Part shown: piece after piece, positions 10,190 to 23,081 of the stretch
Layout of the letters: each line of letters opens with the position of its first letter
How positions within the stretch are numbered: position 1 is the first letter of the stretch
The notes under the pieces: model-generated
Told to the model about the DNA's origin: nothing
What the model saw: the letters and a program-made list of their open reading frames with translations, nothing else
Databases searched by the model: none
Source: Leucoraja ocellata
Lineage: Eukaryota
NCBI GenBank assembly: GCA_036785375.1
Contig: JAWMAR010000069.1
Location: 7,192,001-7,256,000 of the forward strand
Direction of reading: 5' to 3'
Length of the DNA stretch: 64,000 bases
Program-made: the position numbers and the translations under genes

Positions 10190-12060
10190 TCCTCAGTTGT
10201 CATTACTCACTCAGCCTTGCCTTGTGTACATTTTCAATCCTGACCACGTCATTACACTACTGTTGGTTAGCGGACTATCTCTGTCTTGCAAGTGATGAAT
10301 TCTGATGCCCTATTCTATCCTGTCCATTTCACAATGCTTTACCACTGAATATTAACCATCCTTTCCACAGTGCGCCTGGCCCTGTCTCCCTGAGAGATCC
10401 CATCTTTCTCAACTACAACTTTTGCCAAGATCCACAAATGAGACGCAACAAATGTTTTCCTTCCAATAGAGAGGCATACAGCATGGTAACGGGCCCTTCA
10501 ACCGAACTTGTCCATGCTGACCAACATACCCCATCTACACTAATTTCACCTGCCCATATTTGGCCTGTATCCCTCTCACCTGTTCCTATCCATGGCCCTG
10601 TCCAAAATTATTTTAAATGTTGTTTAATCTTAACTAAATTTCATTTTCCATTGTCCTGCCCATTATGCAGTGTTCTCTTACCTACACCCCCATTTTTTAA
10701 ACTTTCCCTTTACTTTATTATTACCCTTATCCTGCTCCTGATTACTATATTTTAACGCATGACATTTTCAGCTCTCATTAGGATGGCACAAAAATGGTAC
10801 CATCACCAAAGGATGGTACCTTCAATTTGTTTTTTGAATATTGGACTAATAGAACAGGTCCCTATCCATCTGTATCCCTACCCATTTGCTGGATATTATT
10901 TCACTGACTGACCTCCTGTGATTCTTACATTCTCCAAGCAAGAGTTGTTGCTATGGAAATCCATGTGGGTCTGTCTTTTGTGAAATATATGGAGCATTCC
11001 TAGTTCAAGACCTATTCAAGACTCCACCACCACCTCTTGTTTCAGCATGTCAATGACTTTGTATATTAGAGCTGTTTCCTATGCTTTCCGAAACATGTAA
11101 ATTCCCATCAATCTTGTGGCTGAACTCAAACCTTTTCCTGCTTACACGAGGTTCATCCTTGATGCTGCCCTGTGCTTTATCAGCTTCTCCCTCTCATTTA
11201 TGGAGGTAGCTACTAACCTTTGGTACTAATAATGATACTAATGTTGATTAATATAAAGCATATTGATCATTAGGCCATTGACCCCATAATTTCCCTGACG
11301 TCCTCGCAATTAGCTCTGCATAAAGGCTCTGCTTTATATTTAGATTCTCTTCAGCTCCATTGCATACATTTCCATATGTACTATATTGCCTATTCTTCCC
11401 CTCAACTCAGAACGTTGTGTCACTATGGCCGACATGATCTTCAACCATGTCTCTTCCATTTCTTGGAATACTGTTCTTATCCATTACCTTTTCAAACAGA
11501 GCAACATGCAGGCTTCCCTTGCCTTTGCCTTCCAACCCACAAGTTTTGAGGTTTAATAGATCATCCTCTACCAGTCTTGTCACTTCCAACATGATGTTAC
11601 CATCAACAATATTTGCCAACCTCTTCCTTTGCAACTTTTTAATATTTGTGTCTGTGATTTTCTAGTTCAATTCAATTAGCCTTGCAATTCTTTTCATTTA
11701 CCATCGTCTCTTCCTGTACATAGAGCAGATACATCTCATATGTTTCATCACGTCCCTGCAGACTCACCATTCAAATTAAAAGGTGGCTTGTACATTTAAA
11801 GAAGATCAGTGCTCTGCATTCACTGCTCACATAGTAATCCTTCCAAAATCAGCAAGATCAACACATTGCGGGATTCCTCCCTTCAGTCTGCGAAAAAATA
11901 TCCTGCACATCTGATTACTTTCATTTTGTGCCCCACTTCCATTCTCATCTCTCTGCACATGGCCTCCTGGAGTTTTCTAATGAAGCTCAATCAACATTAG
12001 AATGCTGTGTTGATTTCTGATTTGACAGTGTGTTCAACAATTTTGGACCATAATCATTCT
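10190..12060 (+). mobile_element. Highly decayed Penelope-like element (RT plus GIY-YIG region)
   Basis: Remnants of LPKIHK (ttgccaagatccacaaa ~10422), FLQxxxVAMx (~10931-10957), a decayed YIDD region (~11045), the LAFAFQPTS linker (~11518) and endonuclease end (~11900-12050), in the expected order. Confidence 0.6.
10465..10630 (-). mobile_element. CR1/HER1 3' fragment inside the Penelope remnant
   Basis: atagagaggcatacagcatggtaacgggcccttc... is a reversed CR1 tail. Confidence 0.65.
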
Positions 12061-12337
12061 TTCTAATTTTTGCAAAACAAACATTGGCAATAAAACTAAC
12101 ATTAGCAATCCCATCTCCTCAAGGTCCAACAATTATTTATTTGCTTGTCTCATTATAACCTTTTTGTTTTGATTGTGATGTTTTCTCATTTAAGCTTTCC
12201 TGCATTGCAACCTATTATGGACCATTCATTAAGTTTTATCCTTGCTTCTTTGACTCTATTTGTTTCAGTGCTGCTAAGTCACCATCGTGTCTTTGTAAAA
12301 ATCTGAAGGCATGACATTGTCCTAAAACAGTAAAGTA

Positions 12338-12582
12338 GTCTGAAGGGTCTGAGGAAGGGTCTCAACCAGAAACGTCACCTATTCTTTTTTTCCAGAGATG
12401 CTGAGTTACTCCAACTGTGTTGACTCGCTGAGTTACTCCAGCCGTTTGTGTCTAATAAACATAGAAACATAGAAACATAGAAAATAGGTCCAGGAGGAGG
12501 CCATTCGGCCCTTCGAGCCAGCACCGCCATTCATTGTGATCTATTTTCAGTTTAAACCACATCTGCAGCTCCTTCTGACACA
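12338..12582 (+). mobile_element. Penelope-like pLTR with hammerhead motif, split by a CR1 tail (12454-12540, -)
   Basis: CTGAGGAagggtctcaaccaGAAACGTC followed by the pLTR body. The inserted (catagaaa)n...ggccattcggcccttcgagcc is a CR1 end. Confidence 0.75.
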
Positions 12583-13074
12583 GTAACATAGTTTATCATT
12601 CCTCCGACTTTGCAGATCCGCTGGATATTTTCTTCATTTTCTTCTTCCTTATTTCAAGTACACATACTTTCCAGGAGTAAAAATATAATTCTCTGGTGAA
12701 TTGAAATTAATTGGAAAATTTAAAAATATGAGGTCAGTCATATCTGCATTTACCTGGGTAAAGGAAATACCATAAGGGAACGCTGGTTGATCAAATGTAA
12801 TGCCTTACACTCTTCCTTTATGTATTCTATATCTAAAGAAATGAAATGTATGCACAATATCTGAGCTGTTTTCAAAGTATTAAAATTAAGAAATGGACTT
12901 CCAGATTATTGCAGAGAAAAACCAATGAAGTCATGGTAGTGATAATGAATTAATACAATTCTCCAAAGCATACAATAGATCTGATACAAGGCATTTAATG
13001 TAACTGGAAGAAAAAAAATAATTGGCAAAAAATTGAGGTGCATGACAAAAATATATTTTTTGCTATGCTGCACA

Positions 13075-13302
13075 GTTTATTTTATTTTAGATATACAGCA
13101 TGGGAACAGGCCCTTCAGCCCATCGAGTCCACGCTGACCAGCGATCACTCGTACAATAATTCTATCCGACACACTAGGGACAATTTACATTGGCCAATGA
13201 ACCTTCAAACCCACATGTCTATGGAATGTGAGAGGAAACCAGAGCACAAGGAGAAAACCAACCCACTGTAAGGCAGCAACTCAACCGCTGTGCCACTGTG
13301 CT
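13075..13302 (-). mobile_element. HE1-type V-SINE (internally deleted)
   Basis: Reverse tRNA-like head (gcacagtggcacagcggttgagttgctgccttacag), V-domain-like core and CR1 tail. Confidence 0.75.
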
Positions 13303-14049
13303 GCGTGCAACGACAAGCAAATATTTTTAATGGAGATTGTAAATCTACTGGTTGAGACAATATTCCAAGAAACATGGAAGACAGAATTGGCATGCACTGT
13401 TGTCCGGCTCATCATTATGAAGACAAAGCAGGAGTCACTAAACTGAACTGGTGAGTTGAAATCCTTCAATTGTACAGAATAAATACATGCAACTTTTTTT
13501 CTGCCTGTGTCAAATCTGCACAAGAGTCTTGCGGCAACTTCAGAATTAGTTTTAGTTTTACTTTAAGTACTTTTGTTCCAATGAAGGGCCGGATCTTGCA
13601 AAAAAATAATAGAAACGCATTGTTTCTGCAGAAATAACAGCATCACTTACTAATTGTTGTTGAGAAAAATTAAAAAACTGCAAGAGCTTTGCATATTTCA
13701 TGATGAATTGTGAAAATAAATCATGAGAGACAATTGGAACTTGCTAATGGATTCTGATAATTACCTGTATTGTAAATGAGCTTGAAGAATGTGAATTAAA
13801 AACACAATATATGATCCAATGGCACTTCATGTGCAACAAAGTATAACTTAGAAACTGTGCATAATTATTGGCATATGTTATAGACCTAGAATTAATAAGC
13901 AGAGTAAGTTTGTTGAGGAAGATCAGAAAGCAGCATCAGAGCTCCCATGTATGGAGAGAGGAGCTACATTGCATCTGATCAGGAAGGAGTTATCTTTGGT
14001 AATGGGGATTGAGTACCTCAAATGGGACTATTCACTGCAAAGGAGGTTT

Positions 14050-14610
14050 TCAGTCGTGGAAGACTCTTGAACCAGAGGTGACAGCCTCAGAATAAAAAGA
14101 GGCACCATTAGAATGGACACGAAGAGGAATTTCAGCCAGAGGGTGATGAATCTGCGGAATGCTTTGGGTATTCTTTGTCATTGGGTATGTTTATGAATGA
14201 ATGATACTTTATTGTCACATGTACCTAAGTACAGTGAAATTATTCGTTTTGCATATGTATGTGAAGAGTCACCATGTATAGGGCAAGTTACAAAAGTATT
14301 CATTATAGTCTCGCTGGTGCCCCCTTGTTCTCTCGGCACCCCCTTCTTTGTTCTCCTTTGTTCTCTCAACGACCCATCATGCCAGGTTCCTAGGTGGTGC
14401 ATCTTCGACCGACAGTGACCCGTCGTCGACTGTTCCTCGATTGTGATTGCAGAGATTGATAAGTTCTTGATTAGTAAGGGTATCAAAGGTTATGGGGGAG
14501 AAGGCAGGAGAATGGGGTTGAGAGGGGAAAATAGATCAACCATGATCAAATTGCAGAATAGACTTGATGGGCTGTATGGCCTCATTCTGCTCCTATGTCT
14601 TATGGTCACA
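14050..14610 (+). mobile_element. CR1/HER1 LINE 3' fragment with a Rex1-tailed insertion (14178-14440, -)
   Basis: CR1 end motifs cagagggtgatgaatctgcggaat and gagattgataagttcttgattag flank a reversed (tcat)n-tailed insert. Confidence 0.7.
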
Positions 14611-16344
14611 GTTTTATGGTCTAAGAATGTACGTTAAGATCTTTAAATATGATAACAGCTGGACTGATCACTTCAAAATTGGTTTGAAGTTCTCCTCCAC
14701 CTATAAAGGGCTTAATCAAATTGAGTTCCGTTTTCAGTGATGCTCAGATTGAGCGTCTTTATTAAATGCACAGAAATTGTCCATTAGAATTGTAAAGGTA
14801 AACATCAAACAGATGCAGTGGAGGATCTGACACAAGTCTAGGTTGAGACTGTATTTAAAAAAAAAGTGGATTTACTCTTTTATCTTGCCATACTGACACA
14901 TCTTGTAATTTCTGCTCATTTTATTTTTGGAATTGCAAAGATTTAAGGAAGTTGAAAATGAGAAGCATAGGTGAAATTATTAAACAATGTGTAAAATTCA
15001 GCTTACAGGAATTCTGCAATGTCAGAGAATGGAAGCAGATGGAGCACATTAATTGTTTAATGAATCAGTGTTGAACTCAATGCACATATGAACATACCAA
15101 TTAAGAGCAGGCGTGGGCTGCTGTGGCCTTTGAGCCTGCCCTGCCATTCAATCAGCTCATGTCCAATTTAACTACAACCTGAACTACGTTCCTCAGAAAC
15201 CTCACCCTCATCAAGATGTTATTCAACTCTCTCTTGAAAAGACCAATGCTGGTCTCATATTTCTCCTCATAAATAAACTTCTGTTATCAACCTTGTGCAC
15301 CTCCCTTTTGCTTTTTTCCAGTATTTTCCAATCTTTTCCAAAAGGGACTCAATTCATCTTCTCATGTGTAACCAGTATTTTTGTATGTCTACCCAGTCAA
15401 GATTGGGCAGTTGATTTTCTTTGGTATCCTATTTCCATTCTTCACCATTTTATTAACTCAGTTAGTCACCTCCCCCCTCCCCCTTATATGCCCCCTCTCT
15501 TGTTTTGGTCTTAATTGATTTATATTTTGTCTCATCTAGAATGTCAATTGATCCACATTTTGGAAGATTGGAGTCATGTGCATTCTGCTGTGTGTGTGTG
15601 TGGATTAATTGTGTTTAATTAATGGAACAAGGATAGTGTGACCCAGAGGACCAACTATGGGGAATAAAGTGATGGTTAATGAGCTGGCAATTTTCATTTC
15701 GAATCAAACTGCAGCTCGGCGCTGTCTATTCTCTAAATCACTGATTTGTTCGAACCTCATCCAAGGCACACATTTACTTATCAAAAGTTGAATTGCTTGG
15801 ATCCCAGGCATTATAACTGAAGAATATTTCCCCCACATTTGATCAGTTAAAACAAATCATCCAGAAAAATGTACATCTATATTTCACACGGAGTCTTTAT
15901 AGTTGAATCTTCATTTTGCTGTGTCATCTGTTTTTGGTGAACTGTCACCCACATCATAAAATATGGATGTGGGAATAATTCCCTCTTGTGCCTGCTCTAC
16001 TCTGCGTTCCAATAAGATTCTAACTGGTATTTTACCTCATTGCCACTTCTCTAGGCTAACCCCATATTCCCTTCATTGCCTTGATTTCCTGAATAGCAAA
16101 AGCCTCAAAAAGCTGTAGAGAACTATAAAAATCTGAAGTAAATGAAAAATACCAAATCATCCCATGTGTAACCATCAATGTTGGTGTAACCCCTCACCCA
16201 TTGGTCCGAAACTGAGTATGTGTTCCTCACCAAACTCTGTGTAATCTTGTTAGCTCTGAAATAGTTATTCACTAGCTAACTGTGGACACAACTGCATAAG
16301 AGATGGGTGAAGACTACCTTTGCATTTGAATTACCAAATTCCGA

Positions 16345-16680
16345 AATTCATAAGTACTAGGAGCAGAATTGAGCCATTCTATCATGGCTGATCTATATTT
16401 CCCTTTCAATCCCACTCTCCTGCCTTCTCCCTATAACCCCTCACACCCTTACAAAAGGCATGGAATGACACTGAACAATTAGTCAAACGGCGTGGAAACA
16501 GGCTCTTCGACCCAACTTGCCCACACCAGTCCCACCTGCCTGCGTTTGGTCCTTATATCCCTCTAAACATGTCCTATCCTATCCATGTACCTGCCTAATT
16601 GCTGTGAAATGGGATTAGCAGAGTGCTAATGGGCCAAATTATCTCTTTTGGTGCTATGACTAATTTAGACTCTATGATGG
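16345..16680. mobile_element. Cluster of short CR1 3' fragments
   Basis: Reversed CR1 tails at ~16345-16450 and ~16480-16600, forward tail at ~16605-16680. Confidence 0.6.
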
Positions 16681-16719
16681 TGCAGAAACTTTATTCAATA
16701 AAATCCTCATCTTTTGTCC

Positions 16720-19260
16720 CACGGGGACTGAATACTTAATCGTGCTCCCGTGTACATTCAATTTGCAGCAGCGATTCCTCCAACGTTGAAATGTGTGTGG
16801 ATAGGACTGCGAGGAAGCTTGCAGGCAGACGGTGTATCTTTAAATGTTCACACCGAGCACTGCATAGTTGCTGCTGCTGCCGATCAGCGGAGCAAGTCCC
16901 TGGTGACTCAAGCCGGCGTGGAATAAGCCAATGACGGGATCGGTGCGGGGACGCGCCTGACTGAGTGGAGGAAGCGGGAGCGCGCATGAGCCGCGGGGAC
17001 GCGCGTCTACATGCCCGCCTGCCTGAGCAGTATTGTGAACTGTGTGTGTCGCTGATTCTCCCTCACTCGTCCTCCACTTTGCTCGCTCGACTGCTGGATT
17101 TGTTTTCTGTAAAACCTCGCCGAGATCTTCGGACAAGCAAGCTGCAGGAACAGGAGCAACAGCAACAACAACAAATAAAAGCAAGAAAGGGGGGAAAAAA
17201 TGCACATCTCAGTTTGTGGCATCGTCCTGATTGGAATGGCTCTTCTCCTGATTTCTCAAGGTACTGGCACTGTGGAAACGGATGCGTTTTTATCATGCTC
17301 AATAATTGCTGGCTTGCTTGTAGGATGGTGACCTCGTTGTAAAGGAATGTACCTTAGAGTTATAAACTTTTACTTTGGCTCCGGGGAGCCCGGTGGTTTA
17401 ATTGAACGTTTCAGACACTTGTCTTTAAAAAAAAATAAAAAAAATCTTGCATTGCTTGCCCAGTTGGAACCTTATATTTGAGTATTACTTTCAGCTTGCC
17501 GTCGGACAAGCCCCGTCACTGTCACATTCCGGGACCATAGCCTGTTTTTTTTTTTCAAAAATAGCAAAGCTGCTCAACGTTATTTATTTATTTTTTTGAA
17601 AAAAGGTTTGAAATGACAAGCAAAAAAAAAGTAGTAAGAGGTTTGCTATCTGCATAGTGATAAATCTGTGTAGTGATAAATGTCATTAATGTGTGCTCCG
17701 TGTTGATGAAGTCTCAATGATATTGACTTGAGAGGGAATGTTTTTTGGGGTGGGGGTGGGGGGCGATAAGAACAGCTCTGGTTAAAGGCGCAGCGTTTGC
17801 TCTCTCGGTCTCTCCCTCCCTCCCCTCTGGGTTTTAAGAAGCTTGACATCCATTTCCAGAAACTACAGTGAAAGCGTCCGTTCTGTCATCGAACGCGGAA
17901 CCTTGTGCCTTTAAAAAAAGTTTTAGTAGAATCATTCCTGACGTTCGAGGCTGGATGTTTCCGCTAACGCTGTTAACTTGCGAAGATGTCCTTTTATTTT
18001 TAAATATTAAACAGAGACCCCCAGGCTAACTTTCACCTTTGTGCAATATTTAAAGAGATAGCTAGCTGCCTTCTCCCGTTTGCCTCCCGTTAAAACAATA
18101 GACCGCGGGTACGATAGAGAGCCCCTTTAGTCGCGGCCCCTCTAGTTGAAGCGTTCACATTCTCGCATCGTATTGACCGTATGTTATCATTGACTTGCGT
18201 TTCTGCGCTGTCGCACGCGTTGGTATTTGAGAGGCAACTTAAAGGTGAACGAGCCGTCTTGATTACAGTGGTTAAAGAGAAACTACCCGAGAACCCCGGA
18301 GTTAAGAGTGGAGACTCCGTGGTTATCGATTTAGGGGGAAATATAATAATCGTGGGCTATTCAATTGCTGCTCCTCGCTGTTTAGACAGATCATTCGAGC
18401 TGCCAGGTGTAATGTATCTGTGTGGATGGGGGTTGTGTTTGATAATGAATTGGTACAGATCAGTAGTTAAACGATCAGCGGAACCGCCCGGAACAGACTG
18501 AGATGTTTGGGTTCGGTATTAATTGGGACTGACTTGGTCTTGAATCTCTGCCGCAGCCAAAGGAGCTATTCTTTCAGCACCGCGTCCTGTGTCGCTGCCC
18601 GCTCTGTATTCAACTGATACGTTTTCCTCCCCTGTCGCGGGATCCTCGTTATATAATCAACGTGAGCTTTTTAGTGTGTAAAAAAAACCCCAGTGCTAGC
18701 TGTCCTTCTCTGACTCTGACCCACTGCTTGTCGTTCGGTCGTTCCAATCTCGCTGGATTATCTCTGGGTTGCACGTCTCTCCAGCTGCCGGACTGAAACC
18801 ATCGTTGGCAGGCAAATGATCGACCCCATCCAATGCCAGGGCGTTCGTCGTAATCTCTTTCCAGATGGCAGCAGAACTTTGTCCAGATAGCTGCCCCGGA
18901 TAAGCTGCTTGGAACAGCGCTCTCTTTCTCCGTGTGTGATAGCTACCATTGACTTTGCGTTGATTGCAGTATTTTTCACGGTTTAAGAGATCAGTTGTAT
19001 CTTCCCTGTGCCCCTCACTTGCTGAATCGGTTGTTTTTGATAAATCATTGGTTGACTATTTTAAGTGGTATCGTCCGCCTATTTTTCTGGTGTCTGCTAG
19101 TATCTCTTTTCGGAAGAATATATATTTTTGAATTACACAATCCCTTTCCAGCTTCTATAACTAGTACATGTAAATTTACACCCTCGTCCCCTCTTCTCCC
19201 CGCCGTTAAATCTGCTTCGCAGTAATTGGTGGAGTTGCAACCGTGTCAAGCGAAGCATGG
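16720..19260 (+). promoter_or_regulatory. CpG-island promoter / first-exon region
   Basis: Non-repetitive CpG-rich stretch in a CpG-poor background. AP-1 TGACTCA 16904-16910, CCAAT 16928-16932 overlapping a TGACG half-site, and a duplicated GCGGGGACGCGC (16945-16956, 16993-17004). Confidence 0.75.
17200..17260 (+). CDS. First coding exon: signal peptide MHISVCGIVLIGMALLLISQ of a secreted or type-I membrane protein, followed by a phase-1 intron
   Basis: ATG with A at -3, 20 mostly hydrophobic codons plus 1 nt, donor CAAG|GTACTG, inside the CpG island. Too short for the ORF track. Confidence 0.75.
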
Positions 19261-22200
19261 TATTTAGCTACTGAAATTATTTAAGAACCGCCATGTATCT
19301 GACTCTCAGCTGCAGTGTCATAACATACACGAGTTCAGTTCAGCCAGTTGGAATCTTGGATGTTTCCAGATTTGAAATAATTAGGTTCTCAAATGTCAGT
19401 CAACTTTGTTCAGGAAATTGTATCAAATACTGCCATAAACCAGTTATATGTCTGCATCTCTCCAATTAAGACTGTTGCTGAATAGTCTCATATAAAGTTT
19501 GTAGACTAAAATACTGTTCTCTTATGATAATGCAGTAAGTAGGCTGAAATATTTGAACTGACTATAAACTGAATAGAATGAAAATGGATCTGCAAAATTC
19601 CCTTTCTGTAAAATGTAAATGCATACTTTGAATATTTATCCTCAACTGAATAAAAATGAAAAATGAAAAAAAAAAATGGGGGTTGGGGGATGTTTTAAAC
19701 ATTCCCATTGCAAGTTAATTGTTAAGAGCTGTAATATTTCAAACTTCGAAATGTATTCAGGAATAGCCAATTGTATACAATGAAACATAACTGAATTGAA
19801 GGGGAATTTGAGGAGTTGTGAGAACAGGTAAGAACCATATTTTCACCCCTCCTAGGTGAATACATTGTGTAGGTAGAGACCATTTACCATTTTGTCTTCA
19901 CTGTTATTTCCCGTGGAACTATGTAAATGGATGGATAGTATTGAACGTAGCGAGCCAAAGTGACACAGAACATTTTTTTTTAAACAGGCTCTTTTGTTGG
20001 TCAATTAGACCATTTGTTATTATTAGTGGTTTATTAGGAATTCAAAAATGTGACTTTTCTGGCATAATGCTGGGACAACTCTGCATCACAGTAGTTTATG
20101 CCACCAATTATGATTTTACTGCAGCAATGGGGAAGTTGTGTTTGGGAATTTTGGAGCCCATTGGATTATGGAATGGTGAATTGAGTCCAAGCCAAGTTTA
20201 ATGGGTGATTCTCACTGCATAGAAACTTGTTTTTTGGACTTCCTCCAGAATCTAGCATATCAAGAATGGAAAACTGGCCAGCAGAGGATGCAAGGGAGCA
20301 GTCCATTGCAACTGGTTGAAAAGGGAAAAGGGTAGGTGGTGCAGGATCAGGGGAGGGCCAGGGTCAAGGAGTCCAAGGGTTTGCTGTGAAATCTAGAGTA
20401 GTCCTTCTGGTGTTCTGGAACACAAGTACAATCACAATTTGATCCAATTGACATTATACATATGTATTTTGAAGAACAGGTTCATATTGGGTTTCAATTA
20501 TTAAGAAATAAAATCAGATTGGCCATTTGGTGTCCCTGTTTTGACTTTTCTTCTGTAATAAATACTGGAATGAGATGGTGAAATTCAAGACGACCAGTTT
20601 TAATTCTCCCTTGTCCCAGTCTTCACTGTGATTCATTCTCCAGTGGGTTAATAGTACTTGGGTTCATGCCATTGTATTTAATGCTCCTCTGCCAGTCACT
20701 GCAAAGAATACAATAAAATGTGACTTACATTTTCTCTCATTATACTCATCTATTTGTTGGCAATCTTAAGCAAGTCTTAGAACTTCCTGCAAAAACTGGT
20801 TGATTGAAACAATTGTGTTTTGGTTGGAAGCAGCTGTGTCAATTAGACCAACTGATGACCACTCATTGAGCCAATTAGATCTTCCAACAAGAATAATCAA
20901 AGCAAAGTCAAATTTAGTTACCAGCTTTTTAAAATTTAAATGTTAAAATTAGTCAACATACAATACTTCAGGGAGTCATTATTCATGAAACAAGTAAAGT
21001 TTCCAAGCTGGATGATTCAAGGAAAATGATTCCAATATAACCTTTTATGTGCAACTTGAGTGCCTTGTGAACATTATCCAACATTGACACATTTTTTTTG
21101 AAGATTTAAAGCATGAAGTGTCACTGGAAAATTGATCAGATATCGAGGTACAAAAGGTGCAACTTTTGTCTGTAGCTGATTAAAATAAAGATTATTTTGA
21201 ACATAAGCAAAAAAAAATATTCAAGCACATCTCAACAGTGGATGCCCCTGGCACTTGTGAAATTGCAGTTTTTAGATCTTTCAATTATCATACTATCACA
21301 GCTATTGAAAATACAATGGAGATTTATTCGAATGATAATAAGTTTCCAAAATGTTGAAGACTATAAATCGATGTAACAGTTTACAATGCTGTTTGAGTTT
21401 TAAGCCATTTGTTTAGTGCTCTGATGTGTGGACTAGTCTGGTTATCTTAAATATCTAGCAAAAGTTTGTAAAAGTTTTTGGCATCTCGCTTGACAGGAAG
21501 AGCTCCCATTAGCAATAAATAGTAAGACACCTATTGGTGTAATAGTATTATGGTTTCAATTGGCTTGTGTTTTGGTTTTTGCCAGCCATGCTTTCTGGAA
21601 GTTTAGTCCCCAGGAACCTCCCATTTTGAATGCGAGACAGTGAGACAAGATTTATTGAGAATATTACAACATTTTTCAGCAGTTATGTATAAAATGGATG
21701 ATAACCCAATTTAGTATAAACTTCTATTAAAGATAATTATTCACTTGATAGTTGGATTTGTGCATATCTAAGGAAGAAAAATAACACTGGAGTATAATGT
21801 TGCAAAAATGCAAAATATATATCTCTTGATTGATTTCCCTCCAACTGGTGGCTTTGATTATTAAGATGCATAAATGTGGTAACATTGACACAATTGTAGC
21901 ATGAGAGAATAAATTATTTTTGAAACCAAAGGTTAAACTTTAAATTACAAGATTAGAGTAACATTATTTGAAGAAAAATCATATCCTTGGGATCCAGCTT
22001 ATTTAATATCATCTGATTTGTTCTTGGGCTGATTTATATCCCAACACCTTTTGGGGGGAAAAGTGTGTATTATAACCTTTTCATGTTCTAGAGACTATAA
22101 CTGTTCATATCTCAACATTGCGATTAAAGAATATGGAAATGTTTTAAAGAGCTATTTATCCATATGGGAAAATCACTGTAGCAGAGCGGGCATAACTGCC

Positions 22201-23081
22201 CCATCAGTTTTCATTGTGTCACAGACATGATGGTGTGAATTTTTAGGTTCTATCATATGAACATCCAGCATAATATTGCACTTAAGTGCATCATGGGTTG
22301 CACTTAAGATTCTTAAAGTGGAATCAGATAAAGCTGTATTATTCACTCATTACCACCTTGTTAGTGCACCACAGCCTTGAGAACTATAAAAATAATCAGA
22401 GCTGTAAAAAAGAATCTCAATTGTCATAAAACCAAATTAAAGGTTGTTGAATCTTTATTTGAGAAAGTGTGAGAAGATTCATTTTGTATGACCTTGTGGA
22501 AGTGATTCTCAATAAGCACAAGGTTCATCTTATGCAAAAGCAGTGTGATTTCAATAGGGTAAGCATTAAAATGCTACATTATTGGAGATTTTGAGGGAGC
22601 TTGGGTGTGCTTTTCATTTTCACCATTAGTTCAATTTCAAGAGTTGGCAACAGTCCCAGAAGAACTGACCTCGCAAGTTAATAAAAATGGAAACATTATT
22701 TGTGTGAAAGAGAACTAGGTTAGTGGATTTGCAAATATAAATTGATAACAGATTTGAGAGACTTTATACTGAGTTCCAAAAAAAACAAACAAAGATTTAT
22801 AAATATGTAAGAAAATGTCTAAAGGTAATTGAATAAATCTCTCTTCTGAGTACTTAACACACAGTCAATTATTGTTGTTTCAACATATACTCCCGAGTGA
22901 AGACTTTTTGGTTATAGAATCAGTTGTTGATGGAAAATTTTCCTTAAGTTCATGCCTTGATTTACATTTGCGTGTTATAGTCCTGTTTTGGGCAAGAAAA
23001 TGTCACCTTCCTTTCAAAATTGTCAAGTCCACCTGTATATGTCAATGGCAGCAACCTTCGATCTTCTTGCTGCCTTCATAC

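Noticed and set aside
17200-17260. Assigning a gene symbol (e.g. KIRREL family, CADM, ALCAM)
   Set aside because: Twenty residues of signal peptide are not diagnostic.
16965-17342. 125-aa ORF with a polyQ-like run over the promoter
   Set aside because: GTG start, produced by GC-rich promoter/UTR and a (CAA)n tract, and in a different frame from the signal-peptide exon.
19761-19834. Strong donor CAG|GTAAGA as the end of exon 2
   Set aside because: The nearest acceptor gives an in-frame TGA when joined in phase 1.
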